From the NCBI GenBank assembly GCA_040954595.2, contig CM082597.2, positions 2,776,265 through 2,840,264 on the forward strand: DNA of 64,000 nucleotides. Direction: 5' to 3'. The notes under the pieces are model-generated. The model saw only the letters and a list, made by a program, of their open reading frames with translations. It was not told the origin of the DNA and did not search any database. The DNA is from Balanoglossus misakiensis. Taxonomy: Eukaryota > Animalia > Hemichordata. Positions 24,801 to 36,664 of the stretch are shown one piece after another; within the stretch, counting starts at the first letter, position 1, and each line of letters begins with the position of its first letter. The position numbers and the translations under genes were made by a program.

Positions 24801-27800
24801 TGTCAGAGAGCAAGTACATATTAATCATGGCAAGTATTCTGTGTTGCACTCAATAAGTATTAAAGGGGCACTTTTAACATTAATTCTATTTTAGATTTAG
24901 TTATTTTGGAGTCTTATCAGACTTGAAGCTTTCCTTATCATCTCTGCAGCTTTCCTTATCAGAGCAATAGCTTTCTATTTTAGTGGCCATGCAGAAAGAC
25001 ATTTTGTTAAGAGTCATTTCAGATTCTACAATAACCTATTTGTGCATACTTTAAACATGTCTATTAGACTGCCTAGTTGAAGAACAGTAATTTATTTAAG
25101 TCCATGGCATTTCAAGAATTGCAATTTCCCAGTCTCAACATCATGGTTAGTGTTCAGCAGTGAAGTATTGACTTTTTATGAAGTGTGAAATACCAACAGG
25201 AGATGTCTAAGTTCCTGCCTGGTTTATGTCCAACTTGTCATGATAACAAGTCTAAATCTGTTTTATTTAGACTTCACTGTGTCCTGTGGTATGAGTTCAG
25301 TTTTAACAGGGAATGATCATGACCATACGTCAACAATTAACATACAAAAATCATCCATGACCTATCTGACCATAACCTCGGATGAATTTCTCCAGCAAAT
25401 ATTTGCAGTAGCCACAAACACATTGCATACTTCCTTAATAACATCTTCGACATTCAGCTAATGGTAGTTGTGAGTGTGAATGATGAAAGAAAGGTCAAGT
25501 TCAAAGCATATTGCTTTTTCATTTCGCCTTTGGGAATTCATCAAGGCCATCTAATATGTACAGAATATCAAAAGAGCAAATGGTAATTTTGTCTCTCAGA
25601 TTGGCAGGGTTTACATTGTAGTGGCACTACAACAGTTGAATATCAGGTCTGGTCTGGTCTGGTATAAGTACAGCTTCAACTTCAGTACTGAAAATCTATC
25701 ACTGAAGAGTTTTCAGTATGTCTTAATTCACTTAAAGTTTCAGCATATGTTTTCATATTATGTGAACATTATTTATGTATACCACCAATGTCCAACAAGA
25801 AATTTCTCCAGCAAATCACTTGCACAACAGACAGGGTTTACTTATTTCATTCATAAGGAATACATCAAGACCATCAAACACTAACTTTGTTGTCACCAAT
25901 ACCCAATACAGCTGGTAAGGTTGTCACCCAGAAAATGAAGGCAAAATTCACACACATAGTGGGAGCTACATTGTCAACATCAATACTGATGGCCATCACT
26001 CAGATGATTCTAGTGTTTTGTGTCTTACTTCATGCAGACAATCATTCGTGTTCTGTTTCTACTTCAACTCTTTAATTGCCAGCAATTGCGCGTCAAGAGG
26101 AACAGTGAGATAAACTGAGGAATCCAGACACCATCTAGTAGTCTGTCCTGTCACTTAATCAGAAACATTTGTCTGTGTCTACTGTAGAACCAAAGTTGGT
26201 GTTGTTAAACTATCTTGACAGTGCTAAGTAGTGTTGTACTTTTCAGTCCAATGTAATCATGCTTGTTTTACCTAATTGCGAAAATAAACACACTCAAAAC
26301 AATAATGCCCAGTTGCACTTAAAGTTAAGTTGGACTTGATCTTAAACTAGCTGAAGCGAAAAAACATATTGGCTTTTTAAAATCACATCATAAATTCAAA
26401 GTGGAAAATATTCAAACACGAATGATTACATTATCATGCTGAAATGAAAGTGGCAAGGAAAATATTTAAAAATTGGATTGAATATCAATTAGTTTTCCTG
26501 GCTGATTCAATCCAATTTCCACAATTTTGGTCCAATATTATTAATATTCATTTTTAAATGCAATAGTCTTACATTTTAGGTTTTTGAAGCAAAATTAAAA
26601 CTGTTAATTTTAAACAGGAAGTTGCCGCAAAACATGGTGGTCAGACATACACTGCAAGGACACTATAACATGAATGATGTCTTTTCACAACTGAAAATCT
26701 TTAGGGTGTGAAAAAATGTCCAGAGGCAGTTGAAACCACAGAACACATGGTTTTAATGTTTAACAGGAGTGTACTTTCACACATGGGTGCCTCTGACCTC
26801 TGACCTCTCAACTTGGATCCCACACAATAAAACTACCGAATATCTTCCTTGTGAAGGAAAATTAGGACACAGAGTTTCAATGGTTGTGGCAAATAAATAC
26901 AACTTTTACAGTGAAACTTTTCGTACATGTTTTTTGCTACATGTTTCTGCAAGTTAATAATTAATTTTCATAAATAATTTTACTGTAATATAGCCAGTAC
27001 AATGTATTATTTACAAATTCGATTTTTGTTACTGAATAGACTGGTGTTACTGTTGATGTACACACTGGTCTCTGTTTCAACATCACTATTTCAGTAACAT
27101 GTGTAGTGTCGTAAAACAACTGACATTGTTGCATAATTTATGGTAAAGTCACTGTGCATAGGATGTCTTTGACAGCATACATTGATGTGAATTTCAGCAA
27201 ATGGCTTAGTATTAATGTGGTAAACTTATAGTCAAACGTGATGGCATTTGCTGTCTTCTACTAGGCAGCATGGTATGCAAGGCCACATACCATTTATTTG
27301 TTGAGTGCTGAATTTTCACTTCTTCCAGAGTAACAAAATGAAATGTGGCGTATAGATGTCAATGTCATACCAGAAAATTGACTTGAACCAAAATTTGTTG
27401 ACAAATCGACCATATTAGACATCTATAGAAGTCTATAGTAGCCCATAGAATTTCTACTGAATCTTGTAGAATTTCTATGGACATGAATTTCATAGGAACA
27501 TCAACACCAATAGAATGCTGCAGAATTGACGATTTGCAAAGGGGAATTTTTCGCAAGTGAGACTTTAACTTCGGACAGACTAGTTGCTGTTGTTTTATGT
27601 AGCCACTGCAGCAATCTGCAATCACCACCCATAAATAGTTGGGTGTGTATATGCATGCTGATCCCTGAATAGCATGTTGGCAGTGTACATGATTCACAGA
27701 TGTTAGCTGTCACTGACTGTGAAGGTTACTTTGTGGCCTTACAGATCTGACTCATGTGGGATACATCCAAGCTTGTAGTCGATTGTGTCTTTTAGCTCAG

Positions 27801-30800
27801 ACATACAGAAAACTTAGCAGATGCTAAATTACCATTTTGCAATATAACAAGAAACTTAGAGTCTAATACAAATACTGCAAATCAACCTCCAGGCACAGGG
27901 TGCCAGTTTGACCTCAAACACACCATGAGAACTTGTGCGAAGTCATGGAATGTTGAGTGGTTGGGAACATGCAAACCCTAAAGCCAGTGCATACTACAAT
28001 CCTTTCTGATCCAAATGTTTGAAGTGATGGAAAGAATATAATAAACATGCCTTGCTAAGTGGAATTAAGGCATTTGACAAATACATGTACATCCACTTTC
28101 ATATCTGTGTTAGTGATGGGCGTAGGGAACTTTGTGAAAACATATCACATCTGACCATTGACCCCATAGCTTTCTCACCTGTGGTGCGTTGGCAGCTGTG
28201 AAAGCAACGAGGTAACACTAAGACTGTGAAATGTATGAATCAATCTGTGGAAATCATGGTGAAATATGTCAAATCTCCAGCCCGGATGATTTGATATACT
28301 TCGGCTGATCTCACTCTAATCAGTATGGCGTATTCATTACATGTACACTAATCATACTACAGTCGTTCATTTTATCAAACTTAGTCATTTATTTTGACAA
28401 AGTGGTTGATGAGAAATGTAATTTCAGAATCTTGACCAGTCATCAATTTTATATCTTAGTCTTACATAGGAAGGTCACTTAAACTTTCCTGAATTTTCCT
28501 GAAGCATAACTAATATCCAGTTATTTGCCTAAATGCCAAAAGCCATGCCCTTGTTTATAGGCTGGGTATGTGAAAATACCCAAGTGATATACAATTAATT
28601 TCTGGTCATTTAACATGTCGTTTTAGTCAGATTATCTGCGTTACAAATATCATTAACACATACAGCCTGTGGGGCAAAATGCTAATCCTGCTAATCCCCA
28701 TTAGCCCTTTCACCCCTCGTTCCCACTATAGGGGTCCAACTTTACCATAGAAAACAATGGATTTGGACCAAACCATGGTGGTGAATAGGTTAAACACATA
28801 TAAACAGGTTGACCTCAATCATCAGTTCCAATTGCCAAGTTGCGGCCTTTGATAATTTTGCACATCATATGATCTGGGACATTTTAGACAGTCATTGTTA
28901 TTGGAATTTAAATTAGTTTCCGTCTTACATTTCAGAGAACAGTTGTATTTGCATTGACATGAAACCTGCCTGGTTGCAGCTGTTGACCTTATGATCATAT
29001 TCAAAATATTTAACCTATTTAAAATAACTTCTAGAGTGTTTAAAATGAGATCGGAAGTCCTCCTTATATTGATTTCTACTTTGCATCAAAGATACATTTT
29101 TATGAGTACAATATATGTGAAAATTACTGTGTTAGAGTTCTCCTCAATAAGTTACAATGGGGCGTTTCCAGTGGAAATTCTTATAAGCATTCATCGACTG
29201 TCACTCATTATAAATGAATAACAAAATTGGTTCTTCATCACAAGAGGGCGCTCATACTTTACCGACAACATCAATGCAACATATATCATATATCACACCA
29301 TGTCAAATAATTAGGTTGCATATCACTAGTGTAAAAATATATCACATCAATGCACAACAGAATAAGAGATTAAACTTTACTGCCATTTTTTTCAGTTAAA
29401 TGCCAACCGACTATTATTGGTGGCACAGAATCAGTGACTGAATTGGTAGGAACAAATGCACGCCTGCAATGTAATGTTGAGAATCTTGGGATCTACACGG
29501 TATCATGGGTTAGACTCAATCCAGTTGTACGTAAGTATAGCTTGTATAGCCATTTGCTGTAACTTCACCTCGCTACATCGAAAACTGGTTTTTTTCCTTT
29601 TGCCAACGCTTACAGAAGAGCGGTAACCCGGTTATCCGCAGCTGTGTACAGACTGACTGTTACTTTTTATCTACATTCTGGGGGCATTGCAGGGTTGTTA
29701 AGTTTTTGGGTTTTTTTTTTCTTTTGTGTCTTTCTTTTATGGAGTTGTTTCTGGGTTTTTTTGTATGTTTTTTTTTACAGTATGGGCATACGGCCTGAAT
29801 TAAAGAATAAATAAATAAATAAAAATTATCTATTTTCTGATATTTTTGTTCTATGTATATAGTCCTACTTTATTTTTGCTTTTATACAGAAAATCACTAT
29901 ATCAGCCCTAAAAAGAAATAATTCTGGCATTAGTGAAGAACATTGTCCTGAAAGATTTGTATATTCTTCCATTAAAGGGACAAAGTCTCTCTCCAGCTAC
30001 CCTTATTCCATTAATTATGTTTGATACAAGACACCATTTATGTTAATGTAAATGTGGATATATAGTGAATCAATGATCAACCACACAAAACTTCCATCCC
30101 ACTTGTATGATATGAGAGTAAAAACTCGCCCAAAATGAATAAATGGTAAAGAACGATTATTCATTTTGGCGAGTTTTTTCACTCTCCTGTCTATAAGAGG
30201 GATGGAAGTTGTGTGTGGTTGAACGTTGATTCACTATATATCCACATGTAGAATAACAAACGGTGTCTTGTATCAAATATAATTAATGGAAAAAAGGCAG
30301 CGAGAGAGAGACTTTGTCCCTTTAATATGATATATTGTTTCCATTTTTCCACAGTTATAAGTATAGGCCCAAATCCTTTCTCACCTGGTGACACCAGATA
30401 TAGAATAGTTGACACCGATAATTGGGTGTTAGAGATTTCAAATGTCACAGTGCAAGATGCCGGCAATTATCAGTGTCAAATTAACACATCACCAGCGGAA
30501 ACGTTTCAAGCAACATTAGAAGTTGCAGGTTAGTATAAAACCTACTTAAATATTCATTAGCTGTAACTATTGGATATTGGTTCAGATTTTTCACCATGTT
30601 CATTTGGGATGATCAATGGCTCAATACGCTGTTGTTTATAGCTTTACTAATACTAGAGAGATACATGTATGTATATTACAGTAAAGGAACATAGTGTAAA
30701 AAGATTAAATTTTCTCTGGAATCTAATTTCAGTGTTTTGACATATAGGGTACATGCACTAGGTTTCAATCTGACTTCACGGATTTGGCCATAAAACAATG

Positions 30801-33683
30801 AGTTCTACGTAATTGTATATTTTCAAATTTTGAATTTCAACTTTGTTGTAGTCCCTGCAAAAATCGACATCATTGAACCTTTAGAGGTAATACACCTGGA
30901 CACGGAAGACGAATGGAAGAGGATATTCAACGAAAGCGACAGCGCTGTACTCTTTTGCGCCACCAGTGGCATTCCCACCCCCACTGTCACGTGGACCAGA
31001 AGTGGTGGACCACTGCCAGGTGGTGGGTCAAGCCTGGTGTCCGATACACTGGTGTTTGACAAGATCGGACGAGACAGTGCCGGCCGATACGAGTGCAAGG
31101 CTACCAACGGTTACGGAGATGTGGCTGAGGTCGTTGAAGAGATTGAAATAGTTGTCCAGTGTAAGTGTTTGACTCAGGGAAAGAAGAATTGAACATTGTT
31201 TGTTAGAATTACTCCTAGTCATAGTATGTATGACCCCTTTATCCTACTAAATCAATTGAAACTGGTGGTTTAGGTGGTCTCATGTCTGGCTCCAAAGCCT
31301 GTTAACTGTCTGCATTACTCATGTTACTGGAACTTTGTGCTACATATCGCCCTCATCGGTGAAAATGTAACAAGCTCTTGATTTTTAATATACAACTTTT
31401 TCATGGTTTAACAGACAAACCAAGAATCACTGTAACAGACAGCGACTTCCGGGTAGGTTCAGGAAGCCAAGCACAGCTGAGATGTATAGCACATGCTAGT
31501 CCAGAAGCTACATTTGCTTGGTACAAGGGAAATGTCTCCATAACTGAATTCAGCCAGAGTGGGTCCCTCAGCATGTAAGTATAATTCAGTGTTTTAAAAT
31601 GATTTGCTAAATTTTGACGTTTACTTCATTTCCACCTAGACTAGAGGCACAATTTGGTCTTACAAAGAAATTGTGAAAAAAACAAAATAAAACCAAACCA
31701 AATTATGTTTTTCACCAGTTACTGGTTCTTATTATCATAGTAACTTTTGATTTCCTAGGTATAGTATACAAAGGGTTGATCCCACCAGAGACTTTGGAGA
31801 ATACAGATGTGTTGCTACCAACTTACTTGGAAGTAGTCAAGGAATTATGACAATATCTGGTAAGTCAAGTTTCTCATTTCATAGTATGTCTCAGTTGACA
31901 CACACACAAAAGAGAAAATCGAAAAGTTACAGCATTATTTATTTTCTTTTGTAGTATCACAATAATTTGTAGATTAGAAATTTTGTTGTCATATCCCTAC
32001 TGAATGATTTTAACAATTGAAATAATTAATGTAATTAGAGAATTGTTACTTTGTGTTTTAGGAAATCCTAAAAACCCAATTATTACAAGTCATCCGAAGA
32101 GTAACAGACGTAATGAATACATGCTGACATGGTCTGCTGCTCAGCAAGGTGGAGGACCAATTTTGCAATATAGAATGAAATATAGGAGATTCTGGGATTC
32201 GGTAAGTCAGTGCCAATTCATGAATATGGAAAAATACTTCCTGAGTGCTAGCAGACTGGCTTGATAGACAGATAGATAGATGTTTGGTGTGTCCCATTTT
32301 CTGTGTATAAAAGGCAGTGGTATTTTTATCGTAAGATTATTTGATTTTTTACGATCAGGGTACAGCGAATGGGACTATGTATGGGGATTGGGTTGAAATG
32401 AACTACACACCTTCATTCAGTGCAGCACAGTACGAGATGGCGTTAGACGACTTAGTCGCTGGCAGTTCCTACAAATTGAGACTTTGGGCGGTCAATGAGT
32501 ATGGTGATGGAGACGTGGCAAGACATGAGTTTGAAACAGCAACAGGTAAGACTGTGTGATACAAGATTTTGCTGCAGACATGTACACAATAAAGAGTAAA
32601 ATGCCTTTCTTCCAAATAGCATCAATACCAGGTACTATGGGTATATGGTCTTAAATCATCCTTTCATTAATTAAAATGGTTCAATTGGTCCAATGCAGTC
32701 CTAAAAACATGGGGATGAAATGCTTGAAACCTATACCAGTTGTATGAAATAGTTGCAGATTTTTTACATTTCATGATTTTACTTCAAAACTAACGGACGT
32801 ACATGTTCACAGACATATTAGCAGCTTCTGATTGTCTCTGTATATTAGAAGCTAAATAGCAAAAGTGTAAATGAAAGCTTTGATTAAAAATAAGTTATAA
32901 ATTTATGAAATTGTATTCGCCACTACTCAATTTCAGTTGACAGAGTCGTGCAACCATCCAGCATATCTCTTACAAGCACAACTAAACCCACAAAGCTTGT
33001 AACAAAGAAGGATGGAAAGACAGCAACCACCAAAAGCAGTCACATAGGTAACATACTTTTGTTGTATTACTACATGTATTCATTTGAAATGGTTGGGAGT
33101 TTTTAAACTCACAGGTATTTGAGATGCAATTTAAAAAAAAAAAAACTAATTACACTAAAGTCCATGCTTTAAAGTACAACAATTCTTGTGCAGATATTGT
33201 GAAGTGGTTATAATGAAAATGGTTTCAGCTGCACAGAAGGAATGCATTGACCATCAGATTTTTTCATCAGTCCAGTTGAAAAAGAAACAAAGTGATTGTA
33301 TACATTGTAGTCTGTCTCAGTTGATATGAGACAGTTATTGTATACATTGTTGCAAATCACACCAGACACATGTTGACACTAGGGAAATGATTGGGTTTTG
33401 TTTTGGTTTGTTTTGCCTTGAATGGGAAAAACAGACACATTGTTTCTTTTTGACTGTGTTTATAAAAAAAATCAGTAGTCAGTATACAGTCCTTCTGGGC
33501 GGCTCAAACTGTTTTCATTGTAATTTTCTTGGGCATGGTTTCTATTTTATTCACTCACAGACTGATGATCTCTTGTCTGCTTGAATTACAGTGACCGGCC
33601 CAGTCAAGGATGACTCACCCCCTCGGACGTCTCTATCAATCATTGCTATGGCAACTGTACTTCTCCTTCAGATATTTCTGTAG
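18900..33683 (+). CDS. Lachesin/DIP/IgLON-like GPI-anchored adhesion molecule (signal peptide, 3 Ig, FN3, Ser/Thr stalk, hydrophobic C-terminus)
   Basis: Exons 18900-18948 (MKFLVALIVLLQGVIF), 29396-29530, 30355-30528, 30852-31160, 31415-31574, 31759-31859, 32062-32201, 32359-32545, 32937-33047, 33592-33683, all in phase. Ig1 has CNVENLGIYTVSWVR and DAGNYQCQINTSP (DIP/lachesin signatures); ends SLSIIAMATVLLLQIFL*. Exon 1 is assigned across a 10.4-kb intron from phase and signal-peptide character. Confidence 0.82.
20752..20947. mobile_element. PIF/Harbinger-like MITE
   Basis: TAA-GGGAAGAACCATTTCATTTCTGGG...CCCAGAAATCAAATGGTTATCCCC-TAA imperfect TIRs with TAA flanks. Confidence 0.6.
22242..22488. 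repeat. ~62-bp minisatellite, 4 copies
   Basis: TGTAACTGCTACAATGTACATCATTGCAAACAATGTGGTTGTTACTTTGTATTACACTGT repeated in tandem. Confidence 0.9.
28701..28793 (+). mobile_element. piggyBac-type MITE copy
   Basis: TTAGCCCTTTCACC...GGTCCAACTTTACCATAGAAAACAATGGATTTGGACC...GGTGAATAGGTTAA. Confidence 0.7.
29972..30325. mobile_element. Fold-back MITE with TTAA flanks and AG...CT termini (Kolobok/T2-like)
   Basis: TTAAAGGGACAAAGTCTCTCTC...GAGAGAGACTTTGTCCCTTTAA; the ~170-nt arms are imperfectly complementary almost to the centre (about 30150). Confidence 0.85.
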
Positions 33684-35644
33684 AAAAAACTAACAGCTTG
33701 CCAACTCAGAAAATGAATAGTGGTGATTTTAGTTTGTGAACACATGCTATAGTATAATTATACACTTTAAAGTGTATTGTGAAAAGGAGTTGTGAAACTG
33801 GTATCTCTTTCATATCTAGACGAAAAATGGTTTCCATGTAATCAGGGATTTGTATGAATTGCACAGTATACCGTATGTCCGTCAGTTGCGTCTTATTAGA
33901 TCGATAACATGAACCAACTGGATGTTAAAAATGATGAGTTGTTGCTAATTGTACTATAGCTGATGACGATGCTGTGTGTTTATAAACAGAAAAGTCATGT
34001 GCAGTTCAGACTACCCCCCCCCCCCACCCTAACAAAGATCGAAACTCATAGACTAGGTAGATTATGCTACAGTAGAGTTTGTCTTAGAGCTTTGAATTCT
34101 CTTTCAGTTTGACTGTTATCTTCAGAAAATGTTACTACAATTTGACCAGTCATTGAAACTAAGGTTTTTGTTTATTATTAATGAAGTGGGTTTATTCATT
34201 GATATTAAGTATTCACCATTGTCAATATTTTTGTATCTTTCAATTTTATAACTATTAGTTTCAAGTTCTTTAAAACATTCACATTTTCATTGAATTTTGT
34301 TCGCATTTGCAGTGTACATTTGTGTGCTGGTCAATTAGAAGAATTAGAGTTGTTTTAGTACCAGAGATACAACAATATTTTATGAGCAATGATAGTTTAA
34401 TTTTTTACGGTTCTGGATAATAAAATTCAAATACTGATACGAGCCATGTGACAATGCTAAAGTATGCAATATGTCTGCCATGAAGTATTTGGTAGCCATG
34501 ACTACGAACAGGTAAATAATTAATGTAATATAGTACGTGCAGCTTAATTTCTTTCCAATTAAATTTTCATTTGTAACTTAATTGCACCGTGATCTTTGCT
34601 GTGGTTTATTTCTGTTTAGTTGCAAACAATAATCGAAACAACCCTCCCCCCTCGTTTGACAAGCGTATACACTGCCCCCAAACCAAACTATAGAGACACG
34701 AGGCCATGACGTTTAAACGAAGTAGTTTCTTTCGTTGAACGCTTGCGGTGCGTTTATTGACGTGGGCAGTCCCCGGCCCTGTTTCTAGCGCATGTGTTCC
34801 CATTCAATGCTGTGAAAATGGGGCGACTGGAAAGGTCGACACTGACTCAGCAATTCCTGTATAGCTTTATGAGACCGAAGGTCACATGGTTCAAAGAGCA
34901 TCAACGGTCTTCAGCTTCTCTCACTGAAAGAAACTAGCCGTTTCGTGGGCGGGGTCTGCAATCTATTGGCCAACTCTTTAGCACATGTAAAGGAGAGGTG
35001 ATAGGTTCGCAATAGAACCTAAAAACAAGCAGATCAACGGCTGTTTGTGGTTTGTCCCGTTCATATCCCCGACAACAAGCAGGCGTTTGTACAATCTGAT
35101 TAAAATCAGATGTAGGGTACGGCGACGTCGTCTTGTACGTGCGGTCTTCTCTTGTGATGTACGCGTAAGTAAAAGAAGTCGCCGTGCCCGTAGACCATGC
35201 CGTACCCTACAATTCTGATTTTAAACAGATTGGCTTTTTTATTGATAAGTACAGACTGTCTGATTCAAGTTCAACCAGTCCTGTGATTAAACGTCCATTA
35301 TCATTTGCATTGCTACATGGCGTAGCCGGATTTTTACTAGTTATTACTTGCAGATAACTGGGTTTTGTGCGCAGCGCAGGTACTGCATAACAAAACTGAC
35401 CCGGATAGAAACACAAGTGACGCAGAGATATATGGTCATATCGACCAGGCCTATGTTAAAAAAAATCGAGGTCATATCCACGACGTCACTTGCTATTTGT
35501 TTGGTAAACCAATCACATGGAGGTATGAAGCATTTCCAGACAATCCCCACACAGACGGTTTTTTCGAGCACAGACGCCAAACACAGCAAGTCGTTAAATT
35601 CAGAAATCCGTCTTTAAACCGCACAGAACTCTAGACTGACTACC

Positions 35645-36439
35645 ATGGCCGTGTTCGGGGTTCCCACTTTCTGTCTGATCACAGGGGCTAGCCGCGGCTT
35701 GGGTCGCGGAATCGCCGTGGAAATGGTGGAACACCTCGGGGAGAAGTCTGTGGTCGTGTTGACGGCTCGCGGTGAAGCGGGGCTGAAGGAAACGAAAGCT
35801 CTCATGGAGAAAAGGCGTGGCAAAGGCGTCGATATCCGCGTGGTTCCGTGCGACCTGAGCAAAATCTCCCCCCTGAAGGAGAAAATGTGCATCATGTACG
35901 GCAGTGACGACATGAGCAAGTTCAAGCACGTGATTCTGGTCAACTGCGCCGCATCTGTCGGCGACATCACCAAGCTGATCGCCCAACACGGCAACAACCC
36001 GCCAGACATGCAAGATTACTTCGATTTCAACATCACCGCCGTCATCTGCCTCTTGGCCAAGTTCCTGGAAGTCTGCCCGAAAAGAGCGGGCCAGCGCCGC
36101 TCCGTCATCAACATCAGCTCGGGGGCCGAGCACGACCCTTTCCCGTTCATGTCGCTGTACTGTGCCTCGAAGGCCGCCAAGAACATCCTGTTCAGAGTGC
36201 TGGCCAACGAAGACCCCGACTTGAAGATCCTCAACTATTTCCCGGGCCGCATCGATACCGACATGCACACGTACCTGAGGGAATCTATCGGCGACCCCAA
36301 CATCCGAGCAGTTCTGAAGCAATGGCACGACAACAAAGAGCTGATCACGCCCTTCGAGTCTGCCAAGATGCTGATGAAGATCTTCAAGGAGGATAAATAT
36401 GAAAGCGGAGGAGCCATGAAGTATGAGGACCACTGTTGA
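35645..36439 (+). CDS. SPR: Sepiapterin reductase-like short-chain dehydrogenase/reductase, intronless CDS
   Basis: LITGASRGLGR Rossmann motif, VLTAR, NISSG, catalytic YCASK, NYFPGRIDTDM (SPR: YAPGPLDTDM), C-terminal YESG; 264 aa. Orthology to true SPR is uncertain (see findings). Confidence 0.8.
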   Translation: MAVFGVPTFCLITGASRGLGRGIAVEMVEHLGEKSVVVLTARGEAGLKETKALMEKRRGKGVDIRVVPCDLSKISPLKEKMCIMYGSDDMSKFKHVILVNCAASVGDITKLIAQHGNNPPDMQDYFDFNITAVICLLAKFLEVCPKRAGQRRSVINISSGAEHDPFPFMSLYCASKAAKNILFRVLANEDPDLKILNYFPGRIDTDMHTYLRESIGDPNIRAVLKQWHDNKELITPFESAKMLMKIFKEDKYESGGAMKYEDHC

Positions 36440-36571
36440 GGGGACACGGAGGCCTTCGCACTGAAGCTGCAACCTTGCCATATCACCCGGTCTCGTCGTT
36501 TTAATTCACATCAGAGGCCAGATTTATTGCTTCACCACTATGTATTTTGAACTCAAAAGTACCACAAGCTG

Positions 36572-36664
36572 TGCAGTTCAGTAGCTCGAGGTTTTGCCTT
36601 GATTTGTGCATGCGTTGCCGTCTAACACAGAAACCAAGGCATAACCTTGAGCTACCGAACTGCA
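36572..36664. repeat. 34-bp imperfect inverted repeat (hairpin) downstream of the SPR-like stop
   Basis: TGCAGTTCAGTAGCTCGAGGTTTTGCCTTGATTT versus AAACCAAGGCATAACCTTGAGCTACCGAACTGCA, 4 mismatches. Confidence 0.85.

Noticed and set aside
18949-29395. Nested gene in the 10.4-kb intron
   Set aside because: The short ORFs have no recognisable domains or consistent splice pattern; only repeats were seen.
35600-36481. 293-aa antisense ORF over the SPR-like gene
   Set aside because: Shadow frame caused by GC-rich third positions of the sense gene.
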